Below, piece by piece: positions 1 to 6,649 of a stretch of 12,482 nt of DNA. Both the position numbers and the translations under genes were made by a program. Within the stretch, counting starts at the first letter, position 1, and the number at the start of each line of letters is the position of its first letter. The notes under the pieces are model-generated. The model made no database searches. It was not told the origin of the DNA and saw nothing but the letters and a program-made list of their open reading frames with translations. The stretch is taken from positions 1 through 12,482 of the forward strand of contig JBGQHJ010000142.1 of the NCBI GenBank assembly GCA_041497895.1, read 5' to 3'. This DNA is from Candidatus Methylomirabilia bacterium (GTDB lineage Bacteria; Methylomirabilota; Methylomirabilia; Rokubacteriales; CSP1-6).

Positions 1-2
1 CC

Positions 3-197
3 TGGCACTGCAACCGTCACACGTTCGCTTCCAGGCTCGTGATGGCGGGCGTGGATCTGCGGGCGGTTCAGGTGCTGGGCGGCTGGCAAGACCTGAAGAT
101 GGTCGCTCGGTACTCCCACTTGAGCCCTGACCACCTACGGGCGGCCGTCGAGCGGCTGGTGAGCCCTACAACCTCTGTGGAACTAGCCCGCAACTAG
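3..197 (+). mobile_element. C-terminal part of a tyrosine recombinase/phage-type integrase (5' end outside window)
   Basis: My translation from position 3 is WHCNRHTFASRLVMAGVDLRAVQVLGGWQDLKMVARYSHLSPDHLRAAVERLVSPTTSVELARN*, with TAG at 195-197. It contains the H-x-x-R box, the LG-x-(H/W) box and the catalytic Tyr (RY) of tyrosine recombinases. GC of 1-230 is about 63% by hand count, with many A/T-ending codons unlike the neighbouring genes. Not in the ORF track. Confidence 0.88.
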
Positions 198-201
198 CCC
201 G
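181..201 (+). repeat. Perfect 10-bp direct repeat AACTAGCCCG x2 (1-nt spacer) over the integrase stop codon; candidate arm-type binding sites
   Basis: AACTAGCCCG at 181-190 and 192-201 is directly visible. The arm-site role is inferred. Confidence 0.6.
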
Positions 202-278
202 ATGAACAGCCGAGACGTGTATCTACTTGACGCTGCTGCACCGCCGCTCGCCTTCCTGAAGCGCTCCGACGCCGCCCG

Positions 279-1355
279 CTAGACCACCGCCAGCCCCGGC
301 TCCGTCGTCACCAGGCCGACCTCCCACACCGGCTCGCCGCGCCGCGCGAAGCCGTCCCGCACCGCCGCGACCCACGAGGCGTCGACCCCGAAGAGCAGGC
401 CGCCGGACGTCTCGGACTCGCAGAGGAGCTTCACCAGCGCCTCCGGCACCGCGGGGTCGATCCGCAGTCGCCCACGGGCGCCGAAGGCGTCGTCGAGGTG
501 TCGCCGGTTGCGGCCCATACCGCCGCTGAAGCTGCCCCGCTCGGCCAGCGCGAGCGCGCCCGGCAGCAGCGGCAGGTCACGGCTTCGCAGCAAGAGCCCG
601 GCCCCGGAGGCCTCCACCATCTCCCCGGCGTGGCCGAGCAGGCCGAAGCCGGTGATGTCGGTGGCGCCGGTGGCGCCCGCCTCCTGCGCGACCTCGGCCG
701 CCACGCGATTCAGGCGGAGCATGCTCTGCACCGCGCCGTCGAGCACCGCGGGGTCGCAGACGTCGTTCTTGGCCGCGGTGGCGATCACACCGGTGCCGAG
801 CGCCTTCGAGAGGAAGACACGCTGCCCCGCCCGCAGGCCGCCCTTGAGGAGCACGCGGCGCGGGTCCACGCGGCCGGTGACGCAGAGGCCGTACTTCGGC
901 TCGGCGTCCACCACGGTGTGCCCACCCGCCACGACGCCGCCCGCCTCGCGCACCTTGTCCGCGCCGCCGCGGAAGACGGCCGCGATGATCTCCTTGGGCA
1001 GGTCGCGGGGGAAGCCGGCCACGTTCAGGGCGAAGAGCACCTGCCCGCCCATCGCGTACACGTCGGACATCGAGTTGACCGCCGCGATCGCGCCGTAGAG
1101 GTAGGGATCGTCCACGATGGGAGGGAAGAAGTCGACCGTCTCGACGATGGCCACGTCGTCGGTCACCCGGTAGACCGCGGCGTCGTCGCTCCGCCCGAGC
1201 CCGACCAGCAGATCGGCGTGCTCCTCCTGCCGGAGGTCGCCCAGCACGTCCTGGAGATCTCCAGGACCCATCTTGGACGCTCACCCCGCGCAGGCCGCGT
1301 AGGCGGTGAGGCGAATCTCCTTGCCGGTCTTCGGATCGATCAGGCGAGTGTCCAT
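279..1355 (-). CDS. selD: Selenide, water dikinase (selenophosphate synthetase), selenocysteine-containing, about 358 aa
   Basis: ATG at 1355 gives MDTRLIDPKTGKEIRLTAYAACAG, then TGA (1283-1281), then ASKMGPGDL in frame with ORF 279..1271. The UGA occupies the catalytic Cys/Sec position (E. coli GAGCGCK) with Lys at +3. Further SelD motifs are DDAAV, DFF, SDVYAMGG, GGHT, TDITGFGLLGH and TSGGLL. Confidence 0.95.
1248..1267 (-). promoter_or_regulatory. Bacterial SECIS-like stem-loop of selD
   Basis: The mRNA reads UGA-GCGUCCAAGAUGG-GUCCUGGA-GAUC-UCCAGGAC. This is a perfect 8-bp stem whose 4-nt loop begins with G and starts 21 nt after the UGA, which fits the general bacterial SECIS model. Confidence 0.8.
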
Positions 1356-1383
1356 CGGGAGCGGGACCGCCGGGAACGGGACG

Positions 1384-2277
1384 TCAGCTGGCCTCGGTCT
1401 CGACGAAGCCCCGGAAGGCCTCGGCGAGCGGAGAGCGGCTGCGCTCCCGGTGCGTGGCGAGATAGAAGGCGCGGCTGATCGCGAGATCCTGCACGCGCAG
1501 GCACCAGACGCTGCCCGCACGGCACTCCTCCTCCACCGCCCGGCGCGACACCAGCGACACCCCGACGCCGGCCTTGACCGCCTGCTTGATCGCCTGGGTC
1601 GAGCCCATCTCGCCGACGACTCGGAACGCGCCGATATCGGTACCGGCGACGCCCAGGGCCGCCTCCAGCGCGGCCCGCGTGCCCGAGCCCTGCTCGCGCA
1701 GGAGCAGCGGCTCGCCCCGCAGCTCCTCGAGGGTCACCCGCTGGCGCCCGTGCCACGGGTGGGCCGCGCCTACGATCAGCACGATGTCGTCGGGGAAGAG
1801 CTCGCGGTACTCGATGGCGCGGTGGCTCGAGCGCGCACCGACCACGCCGATCTCGGCCCGGCCCTCCAGCACCCACTCGGTGACCGCCTGGCTGCCGCCG
1901 ATCAGGAGGGTGATCGCGATGTCGGGGAACTTCTCCTTGAACCGCCCGATCAGGGCCGGGAGGATGTACTCCCCCGGGATGGTGCTGGCGCCCACCAGCA
2001 GATCCCCGCTCATGCGTCCCTGGAAGCTCTCCATCGCCTGGCGGGCCTCACGCGACAGCGCGAGCATGCGCTGGGCGTAGCCCAGGAGCAACGCGCCCCC
2101 CTTGGTCACCGCGGCGCCGCGCCCGAGCCGGTCGAGCAGGCGCACGCCCAGCTCGTCTTCCAGGGTCCGGATGTGCTCGGAGACGGTCGGCTGGGTCAGG
2201 AACAGCGCCTGGGCGGCCCGGGAGAACGAGCCGAGCTCGGCAACCTTGACGAAGATCTCGAGCTGGCGCAGATCCAC
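1384..2277 (-). CDS. LysR-family transcriptional regulator (CysL-like / selenium metabolism-associated type)
   Basis: N-terminal LysR HTH (MDLRQLEIF..SFSRAAQALFLTQPTVSEHIRTLEDELGVRLLDR). The effector domain has GASTIPGEY, REQGSGTR and GSTQAIKQAV. GTG start; the gene ends 28 nt upstream of selD. Confidence 0.93.
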   Translation of the reverse strand: MDLRQLEIFVKVAELGSFSRAAQALFLTQPTVSEHIRTLEDELGVRLLDRLGRGAAVTKGGALLLGYAQRMLALSREARQAMESFQGRMSGDLLVGASTIPGEYILPALIGRFKEKFPDIAITLLIGGSQAVTEWVLEGRAEIGVVGARSSHRAIEYRELFPDDIVLIVGAAHPWHGRQRVTLEELRGEPLLLREQGSGTRAALEAALGVAGTDIGAFRVVGEMGSTQAIKQAVKAGVGVSLVSRRAVEEECRAGSVWCLRVQDLAISRAFYLATHRERSRSPLAEAFRGFVETEAS

Positions 2278-2283
2278 GGGCCG

Positions 2284-2312
2284 AGTATAGAAGGGGGGCG
2301 GGGCGCTGTCTA
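2284..2312 (-). promoter_or_regulatory. sigma70-type promoter of lysR-selD, probably leaderless
   Basis: The minus strand reads TAGACA (2312-2307), 17 bp, TATACT (2289-2284), then 6 nt to GTG at 2277. There is no SD. Confidence 0.7.
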
Positions 2313-2346
2313 GCGAGGGGCAACGATGTAGCGGTCAGGCGAGACG

Positions 2347-2370
2347 ACGAAGGGGCCCGAAGGCCCCCGT
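2347..2370 (-). terminator. Probable intrinsic terminator after the zinc-ribbon gene
   Basis: The minus strand reads GGGGCC-TTCG-GGCCCC (cUUCGg tetraloop, stem 2352-2367) followed by a weak U-tract TTCGTCGTCT. It lies about 30 nt after the stop at 2396. Confidence 0.6.
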
Positions 2371-2395
2371 GATGACGCGCAGCCGACGATCCCGA

Positions 2396-2617
2396 TCAGT
2401 GGCAGCCGCAGCCACCTCCGCAGCAGCCCCCGCCTCCGGCCGCGGGGCCGGCGGCCGACGGATCGCTCATCCGCCCGCCCACCTTCACCCCGACCACCGA
2501 GAGACGCCGGCTGACCCGGTCGCTCGCGCACGACGGGCAGGCCACCGCGGTCGCCACCTGCATGAACTTCTCGAACTGCGCTCCGCAGGCCAAGCACCCG
2601 TATTCGTAGATCGGCAT
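2396..2617 (-). CDS. FmdB-family zinc-ribbon protein, 73 aa, with Cys-rich C-terminal tail
   Basis: MPIYEYxCxxCG..FE..CPxC..RRLS signature, C-terminus GGGGCCGGGCGCH, and an AGGAG SD upstream. Confidence 0.88.
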   Translation of the reverse strand: MPIYEYGCLACGAQFEKFMQVATAVACPSCASDRVSRRLSVVGVKVGGRMSDPSAAGPAAGGGGCCGGGCGCH

Positions 2618-2644
2618 GGCACGGCTCCTCGGGCTGACGCGCGG

Positions 2645-2848
2645 CTACTGGCCGCCGCGCTGGACGTAGCTCTTCACGAACTCCTCGGCGTTCTCCTCGA
2701 GGATGTCGTCGATCTCGTCCAGCAGGTTGTCCAGCTCTTCCTTGATCTTCTTGCCCTTCTTGGAGAGGTCGGCACTCCCCGAGCCGCCGTCCTCCCCTCC
2801 CTCGTTGGGCTTGGTCGGCCTCGTCTCCTTCTTCTTTTGCTCAGCCAT
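2645..2848 (-). CDS. pup: Prokaryotic ubiquitin-like protein Pup (GGQ terminus), 67 aa
   Basis: A disordered, charged N-terminus is followed by LDNLLDEIDDILEENAEEFVKSYVQRGGQ*. This closely matches the Pup C-terminal consensus (mycobacterial LLDEIDDVLEENAEDFVRAYVQKGGQ). Strong SD AGGAGGTGA 6 nt before the ATG. Confidence 0.92.
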   Translation of the reverse strand: MAEQKKKETRPTKPNEGGEDGGSGSADLSKKGKKIKEELDNLLDEIDDILEENAEEFVKSYVQRGGQ

Positions 2849-2894
2849 CGGACGTCACCTCCTGGCCCCGCGTTCGCGGGACCGGTCTCAGGGC

Positions 2895-3446
2895 CTAGAC
2901 GGTCGGCAGCACGATCCCCTGCTGGCCCTGATACTTCCCCTGCCTGTCAGCATACGACGTCTCACAGGCCTCGTCCGATTCAAAGAACAGGACCTGCGCG
3001 ATGCCCTCGTTGGCGTAGATCTTGGCCGGCAGCGGGGTGGTGTTGCTGATCTCGAGCGTGACGTACCCCTCCCACTCCGGCTCGAACGGGGTCACGTTCG
3101 TGATGATGCCGCACCGCGCATAGGTGGACTTCCCCACGCAGATCGTCAGCACGTTGCGCGGGATCTTGAAGTACTCGACCGACCGCCCCAGCGCGAACGA
3201 GTTGGGCGGGATCAGCGCCACCTCTCCCTGGTAGTCGACGAAGGAGCGCGGATCGAAGGCCTTCGGATCCACGATGGTGGTGTTGATGTTGGTGAAGATC
3301 TTGAACTCGTCCGCGATCCGGATGTCGTAGCCGTAGGAGGACAGCCCGAAGGAGATCGCACCCTTGCGGACCTGCCGGTCCTCGAAAGGCTTGATCATGC
3401 CCTTCTCGAGGGCCTGCCGCCGGATCCAGCGGTCACTCTTGATCAC
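2895..3446 (-). CDS. dcd: dCTP deaminase, about 183 aa
   Basis: Motifs [52 protein letters not shown] and KYQGQ. I moved the start to GTG at 3446 (SD-like AAGGTG upstream) because the track start at 3614 overlaps thrB. Confidence 0.95.
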   Translation of the reverse strand: MIKSDRWIRRQALEKGMIKPFEDRQVRKGAISFGLSSYGYDIRIADEFKIFTNINTTIVDPKAFDPRSFVDYQGEVALIPPNSFALGRSVEYFKIPRNVLTICVGKSTYARCGIITNVTPFEPEWEGYVTLEISNTTPLPAKIYANEGIAQVLFFESDEACETSYADRQGKYQGQQGIVLPTV

Positions 3447-3463
3447 GGATACACCTTGCTCGG

Positions 3464-3493
3464 ATCGTACTGCCTGCTCCGAGCGCGAGTCAA
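3464..3493 (-). promoter_or_regulatory. sigma70-type promoter for dcd-pup-zinc ribbon
   Basis: The minus strand reads TTGACT (3493-3488, overlapping the thrB TGA), 18 bp, TACGAT (3469-3464). The predicted TSS is near 3457. Confidence 0.6.
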
Positions 3494-4401
3494 GTCTCGG
3501 GGAGCCACTCCCACACCGCACCACCCGGATCGACCGGCAGGTGGAGCGCCCGTCCCGCGATCCCGGCCGCGCGCAGGGCCTCTTCCATGGCCCGGGCCAC
3601 GGACTCGCCGCCACGCGGACGCACCGCGGCGAGCATGGACGGGCCCGCGCCGCTCAGCACGCAGCCGAGCGCGCCCGCCCCGCGCCCCGCGGCGGCCACC
3701 GCGTCCATCCAGGGGAAGAGCCGCACGCGATAGGGCTGGTGGAGCCGGTCCTGCATCGCCAGCTCGAGCAGGTCCGTGCGACCGGTGCCGAGCGCGGCGA
3801 GGAGCAGGCTCACGCGCTGCACGTTGAAGATCGCGTCGGCGCGCGGCACCGACTCGGGCAGCACCGCGCGGGCCTCGCGGGTCGAGCTCTCGGTCTCGGG
3901 GAGCAGGACCACCCACTCGATCTCCCGCGGCACCGGCAGGCTGACCGCGATGACGCGCGCGCCGTCGGCGCAGGAGACGGTGAGCCCGCCCAGGAGCGCG
4001 GCGGCCACGTTGTCGGGGTGGCCCTCCGCGCGGGTCGCGGCGGCGAGCAGCCCGTCGCGGTCGAGCGGCTCTCCCAGGAGCGCGTTCGCCGCGAGCAGCC
4101 CGCCGACCCACGCGGCCGCGCTCGAGCCCAGGCCCCGGCTCAGCGGGATGCGGTTGACGCAGTGGAGGCGGGCGCCCGGGAACGCGCGGCCCGCGATCTC
4201 GAACGCGAGCGCGGCCCCGCGCGCGACGACGTTCTTGGCGCCCACGTCGAGGCGGCCGCTCCCCTCGCCCTCCACCGCGACCGAGACCCGATCGGCTTCC
4301 TCGATCGTGACCTCGTTGTGGAGCGCGAGGGCCAGGCCCAGCGCGTCGAATCCGGGGCCCAGGTTGGCGGAAGTGGCCGGCACCCGAACCCGGACGCGCA
4401 T
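3490..4401 (-). CDS. thrB: Homoserine kinase (GHMP family)
   Basis: Motifs [46 protein letters not shown] and LSGAGPS. Confidence 0.96.
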   Translation of the reverse strand: MRVRVRVPATSANLGPGFDALGLALALHNEVTIEEADRVSVAVEGEGSGRLDVGAKNVVARGAALAFEIAGRAFPGARLHCVNRIPLSRGLGSSAAAWVGGLLAANALLGEPLDRDGLLAAATRAEGHPDNVAAALLGGLTVSCADGARVIAVSLPVPREIEWVVLLPETESSTREARAVLPESVPRADAIFNVQRVSLLLAALGTGRTDLLELAMQDRLHQPYRVRLFPWMDAVAAAGRGAGALGCVLSGAGPSMLAAVRPRGGESVARAMEEALRAAGIAGRALHLPVDPGGAVWEWLPET

Positions 4402-4477
4402 GCCAGAGAGATTACCCGCTTTCGCCGAGGCCGCCTAGAGCGGTCCGGGGTAGAATGCGAGGGAACGAGCTGGCCCC
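4402..4477. promoter_or_regulatory. Divergent promoter region thrB / E1 alpha
   Basis: On the minus strand GGG-TAATCT (4414-4409) lies 7 nt before the thrB ATG. On the plus strand GGG-TAGAAT (4451-4456) lies 21 nt before the E1-alpha ATG. The -35 boxes are weak. Confidence 0.5.
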
Positions 4478-5671
4478 ATGCCGAGGACCCCGATCGAGCC
4501 CCAGTTCACCGTCGAGCACCTGTCCATCCTGGACAGCGACGGCAACCTGGACTCCGCCCTCGAGCCCGAGATCGCCCCCGAGGAGCTCAAGCGCCTCCAC
4601 CGCGCGATGCTGCTGGGCCGCCGCTTCGACGAGCGCATGCTGCGGCTGCAGCGACAGGGACGGATCGGCACCTTCGCGCCGATCAAGGGCCAGGAGGCAG
4701 CCCAGATCGGCAGCACGGCCATCCTGCGCCGTACCGACTGGATGGTGCCGTCCTTCCGCGAGACCGCGGCCATGCTCTGGCGCGGCTGGACGATGGAGAA
4801 GGTGCTGCTGTTCTTCGCCGGCTACCTCGAGGGCGGACAGCCCGCCCCCGATCAGCACGACCTGCCCATCTGCATCCCGGTCGGCACCCAGCTCCCGCAC
4901 GCGGTGGGCCTGGCCTACGCCGCGCAGTACCGCGGCGACGACGCGGTGGTGATGGTCTACTGCGGGGACGGGGCCACCTCCGAGGGCGACTTCCACGAGG
5001 CGATGAACTTCGCCGGGGTCTGGCACCTGCCACTGGTCTTCCTCGTCCAGAACAACCAGTGGGCGATCTCCATCCCGCTCAAGAAGCAGACCCACTCGCG
5101 CACCATCGCCCAGAAGGCCCTGGCCTACGGCTTCCCCGGCCTGCAGGTCGACGGCAACGACCTGCTCGCGGTCTACGCGGCCAGCCGCGAGGCGGTGGAG
5201 CGGGCGCGGGGCGGCGACGGGCCCACCCTGATCGAGTGCGTCACCTACCGGCTGGGCGTGCACACCACCTCCGACGATCCCACGAAGTACCGCTCGGCGG
5301 AGGAGGTCCAGGCGTGGGAGCGGAAGGACCCGCTCACCCGCTTCGGCGCCTACCTGCAGAAGCGGAATCTCCTGGACGCCGGCCTCGAGGAGGAGATCGA
5401 CGCGGAGATCGCGCAGGCGGTCCGGTCCTTCGAGGCGATCGGTCCCGCCGACCCGCTCGGCATGTTCGACCACGCCTACGCCACCCGGCCGGCCCCGCTG
5501 GAAGCGCAGCGGGCCGAGATGCAGGCCCGGCTCGCGCAGTCCGTGGCGGCCGACCCGAAGATCCGGACCGAGCCGGCGTCCGCGGGCGCGGCCGGCGGAG
5601 CCGACGAGCCCGCGCCGGGGAACCTCGAGAGCCCGCCGATGCGGGGCCAGAGGCGGCCGTGGCGAAGCTGA
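4478..5671 (+). CDS. pdhA: Pyruvate (or branched-chain 2-oxoacid) dehydrogenase E1 alpha subunit
   Basis: LQRQGRIGTF, GQEA, the TPP motif GDGATSEGDFHEAMNFA..NNQWAIS, and YRLGVHTTSDDP. Substrate specificity is not resolvable by eye. Confidence 0.9.
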   Translation: MPRTPIEPQFTVEHLSILDSDGNLDSALEPEIAPEELKRLHRAMLLGRRFDERMLRLQRQGRIGTFAPIKGQEAAQIGSTAILRRTDWMVPSFRETAAMLWRGWTMEKVLLFFAGYLEGGQPAPDQHDLPICIPVGTQLPHAVGLAYAAQYRGDDAVVMVYCGDGATSEGDFHEAMNFAGVWHLPLVFLVQNNQWAISIPLKKQTHSRTIAQKALAYGFPGLQVDGNDLLAVYAASREAVERARGGDGPTLIECVTYRLGVHTTSDDPTKYRSAEEVQAWERKDPLTRFGAYLQKRNLLDAGLEEEIDAEIAQAVRSFEAIGPADPLGMFDHAYATRPAPLEAQRAEMQARLAQSVAADPKIRTEPASAGAAGGADEPAPGNLESPPMRGQRRPWRS

Positions 5672-6639
5672 ACATGGTGAAGGCCCTCAACCTGGCGCTC
5701 CTGCAGGAGATGGAGCGCGACCCGGACGTGCTCGTCATCGGCGAGGACGTGGGAGTCGACGGCGGCGTCTTCCGCGTCACCGAGGACCTGCACCGCAAGT
5801 TCGGCGGCACCCGCGTGGTGGATAGCCCCCTGGCCGAGGCCGGCATCATCGGAGCCTCGGTGGGCATGGCCCTCTACGGGCTCAAGCCGATCTGCGAGAT
5901 CCAGTTCTCGGGCTTCGCCTTCCAGTGCTTCCACCAGATCGAGAACCACGCGGCCCGGTATCGCACGCGCAGCCAGGGCCGCTTCGGCTGCCAGATGGTG
6001 GTGCGAATGCCCTACGGCGGCGGGGTGCGCGCGCTCGAGCACCACTCGGAGAGCGAGGAGCAGTTCTACGCCCACATTCCCGGGCTCAAGATGGTGATCC
6101 CCTCCGGCCCGCGAAACGCCCGGGCGCTGCTGGCCGCGGCCATCCGCGATCCCGATCCGGTGATCTTCTTCGAGGCGAAGGCGCTCTACCACGCCGCCAA
6201 GGAGGACGTGCCCGACGAGATCGAGACGATGGAGATCGGTCGCGCCCACGTGGACCGTCCCGGCACCGACCTGACCCTCGTCGCCTACGGCGCCATGCTC
6301 CGCGTGGCCCGGGAGGTGGCCGAGCAGCTCCACGAGGAGAGCGGCGTCGAGGTCGAGATCGTCGACCTCCTGACCATCTCGCCGCTCGACCGCGAGACGC
6401 TGGCCGCCTCGGTGCGCAAGACCGGGCGGGCGGTCGTGATCCACGAGGCGCCGCGGAGCTTCGGGCCCGGGGCCGAGATCGCGGCCAGCATCATGGAGGC
6501 GGCGTTCCTCTCGCTCGAGGCGCCGGTCCGCCGCGTGACCGCGCACGACGTGCCCTTCGTGGGCTTCGCGCGGGAGCGCGCCAACGTCCCCGACGTGCCC
6601 CGTGTGCTCGCGGCCTGCCGCGAGACGCTCGCCTTCTAG
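5659..6639 (+). CDS. pdhB: 2-oxoacid dehydrogenase E1 beta subunit, about 326 aa
   Basis: This is the C-terminal part of track ORF 3364..6639. The likely start is GTG at 5659 (MAKLNMVKALN), overlapping the E1a stop. Motifs GEDVGVDGGVFR, DSPLAE, EIQF, EHHSES and DPVIFFE. Confidence 0.92.
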   Translation: MAKLNMVKALNLALLQEMERDPDVLVIGEDVGVDGGVFRVTEDLHRKFGGTRVVDSPLAEAGIIGASVGMALYGLKPICEIQFSGFAFQCFHQIENHAARYRTRSQGRFGCQMVVRMPYGGGVRALEHHSESEEQFYAHIPGLKMVIPSGPRNARALLAAAIRDPDPVIFFEAKALYHAAKEDVPDEIETMEIGRAHVDRPGTDLTLVAYGAMLRVAREVAEQLHEESGVEVEIVDLLTISPLDRETLAASVRKTGRAVVIHEAPRSFGPGAEIAASIMEAAFLSLEAPVRRVTAHDVPFVGFARERANVPDVPRVLAACRETLAF

Positions 6640-6649
6640 CTTTCCATCT

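Noticed and set aside
198..278. tRNA (e.g. selC) or tRNA 3' fragment as the integrase att site
   Set aside because: No T-loop GTTCRA, CCA end or cloverleaf is visible on either strand.
279..1520. selD as a nonsense pseudogene, or ORF 1281..1520 as a separate gene
   Set aside because: The stop is UGA exactly at the catalytic residue, in frame and followed by a SECIS-like hairpin. The upstream part of 1281..1520 overlaps lysR in another frame.
2352..2398. TGA ending the zinc-ribbon gene as a second selenocysteine codon
   Set aside because: The downstream hairpin has a UUCG loop with no G in the first two positions and looks like a terminator. The readthrough sequence is not protein-like, and the family normally ends at about this point.
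2645..2848. Calling the small protein UBact instead of Pup
   Set aside because: It has the Pup helix LLDEIDDILEENAEEFV and a GGQ end, not the R-[T/S]-G-[E/Q] terminus typical of UBact.
5530..5671. Ala/Gly/Pro-rich C-terminal extension of E1 alpha as an extra domain
   Set aside because: It is short and low-complexity, most likely a disordered tail overlapping the E1-beta start.
3364..6639. 1091-aa ORF as a giant E1-beta fusion
   Set aside because: Only the last 326 or so residues are E1 beta. The rest is an Arg/Gly/Pro-rich open frame overlapping thrB antisense and E1 alpha, typical of high-GC DNA.
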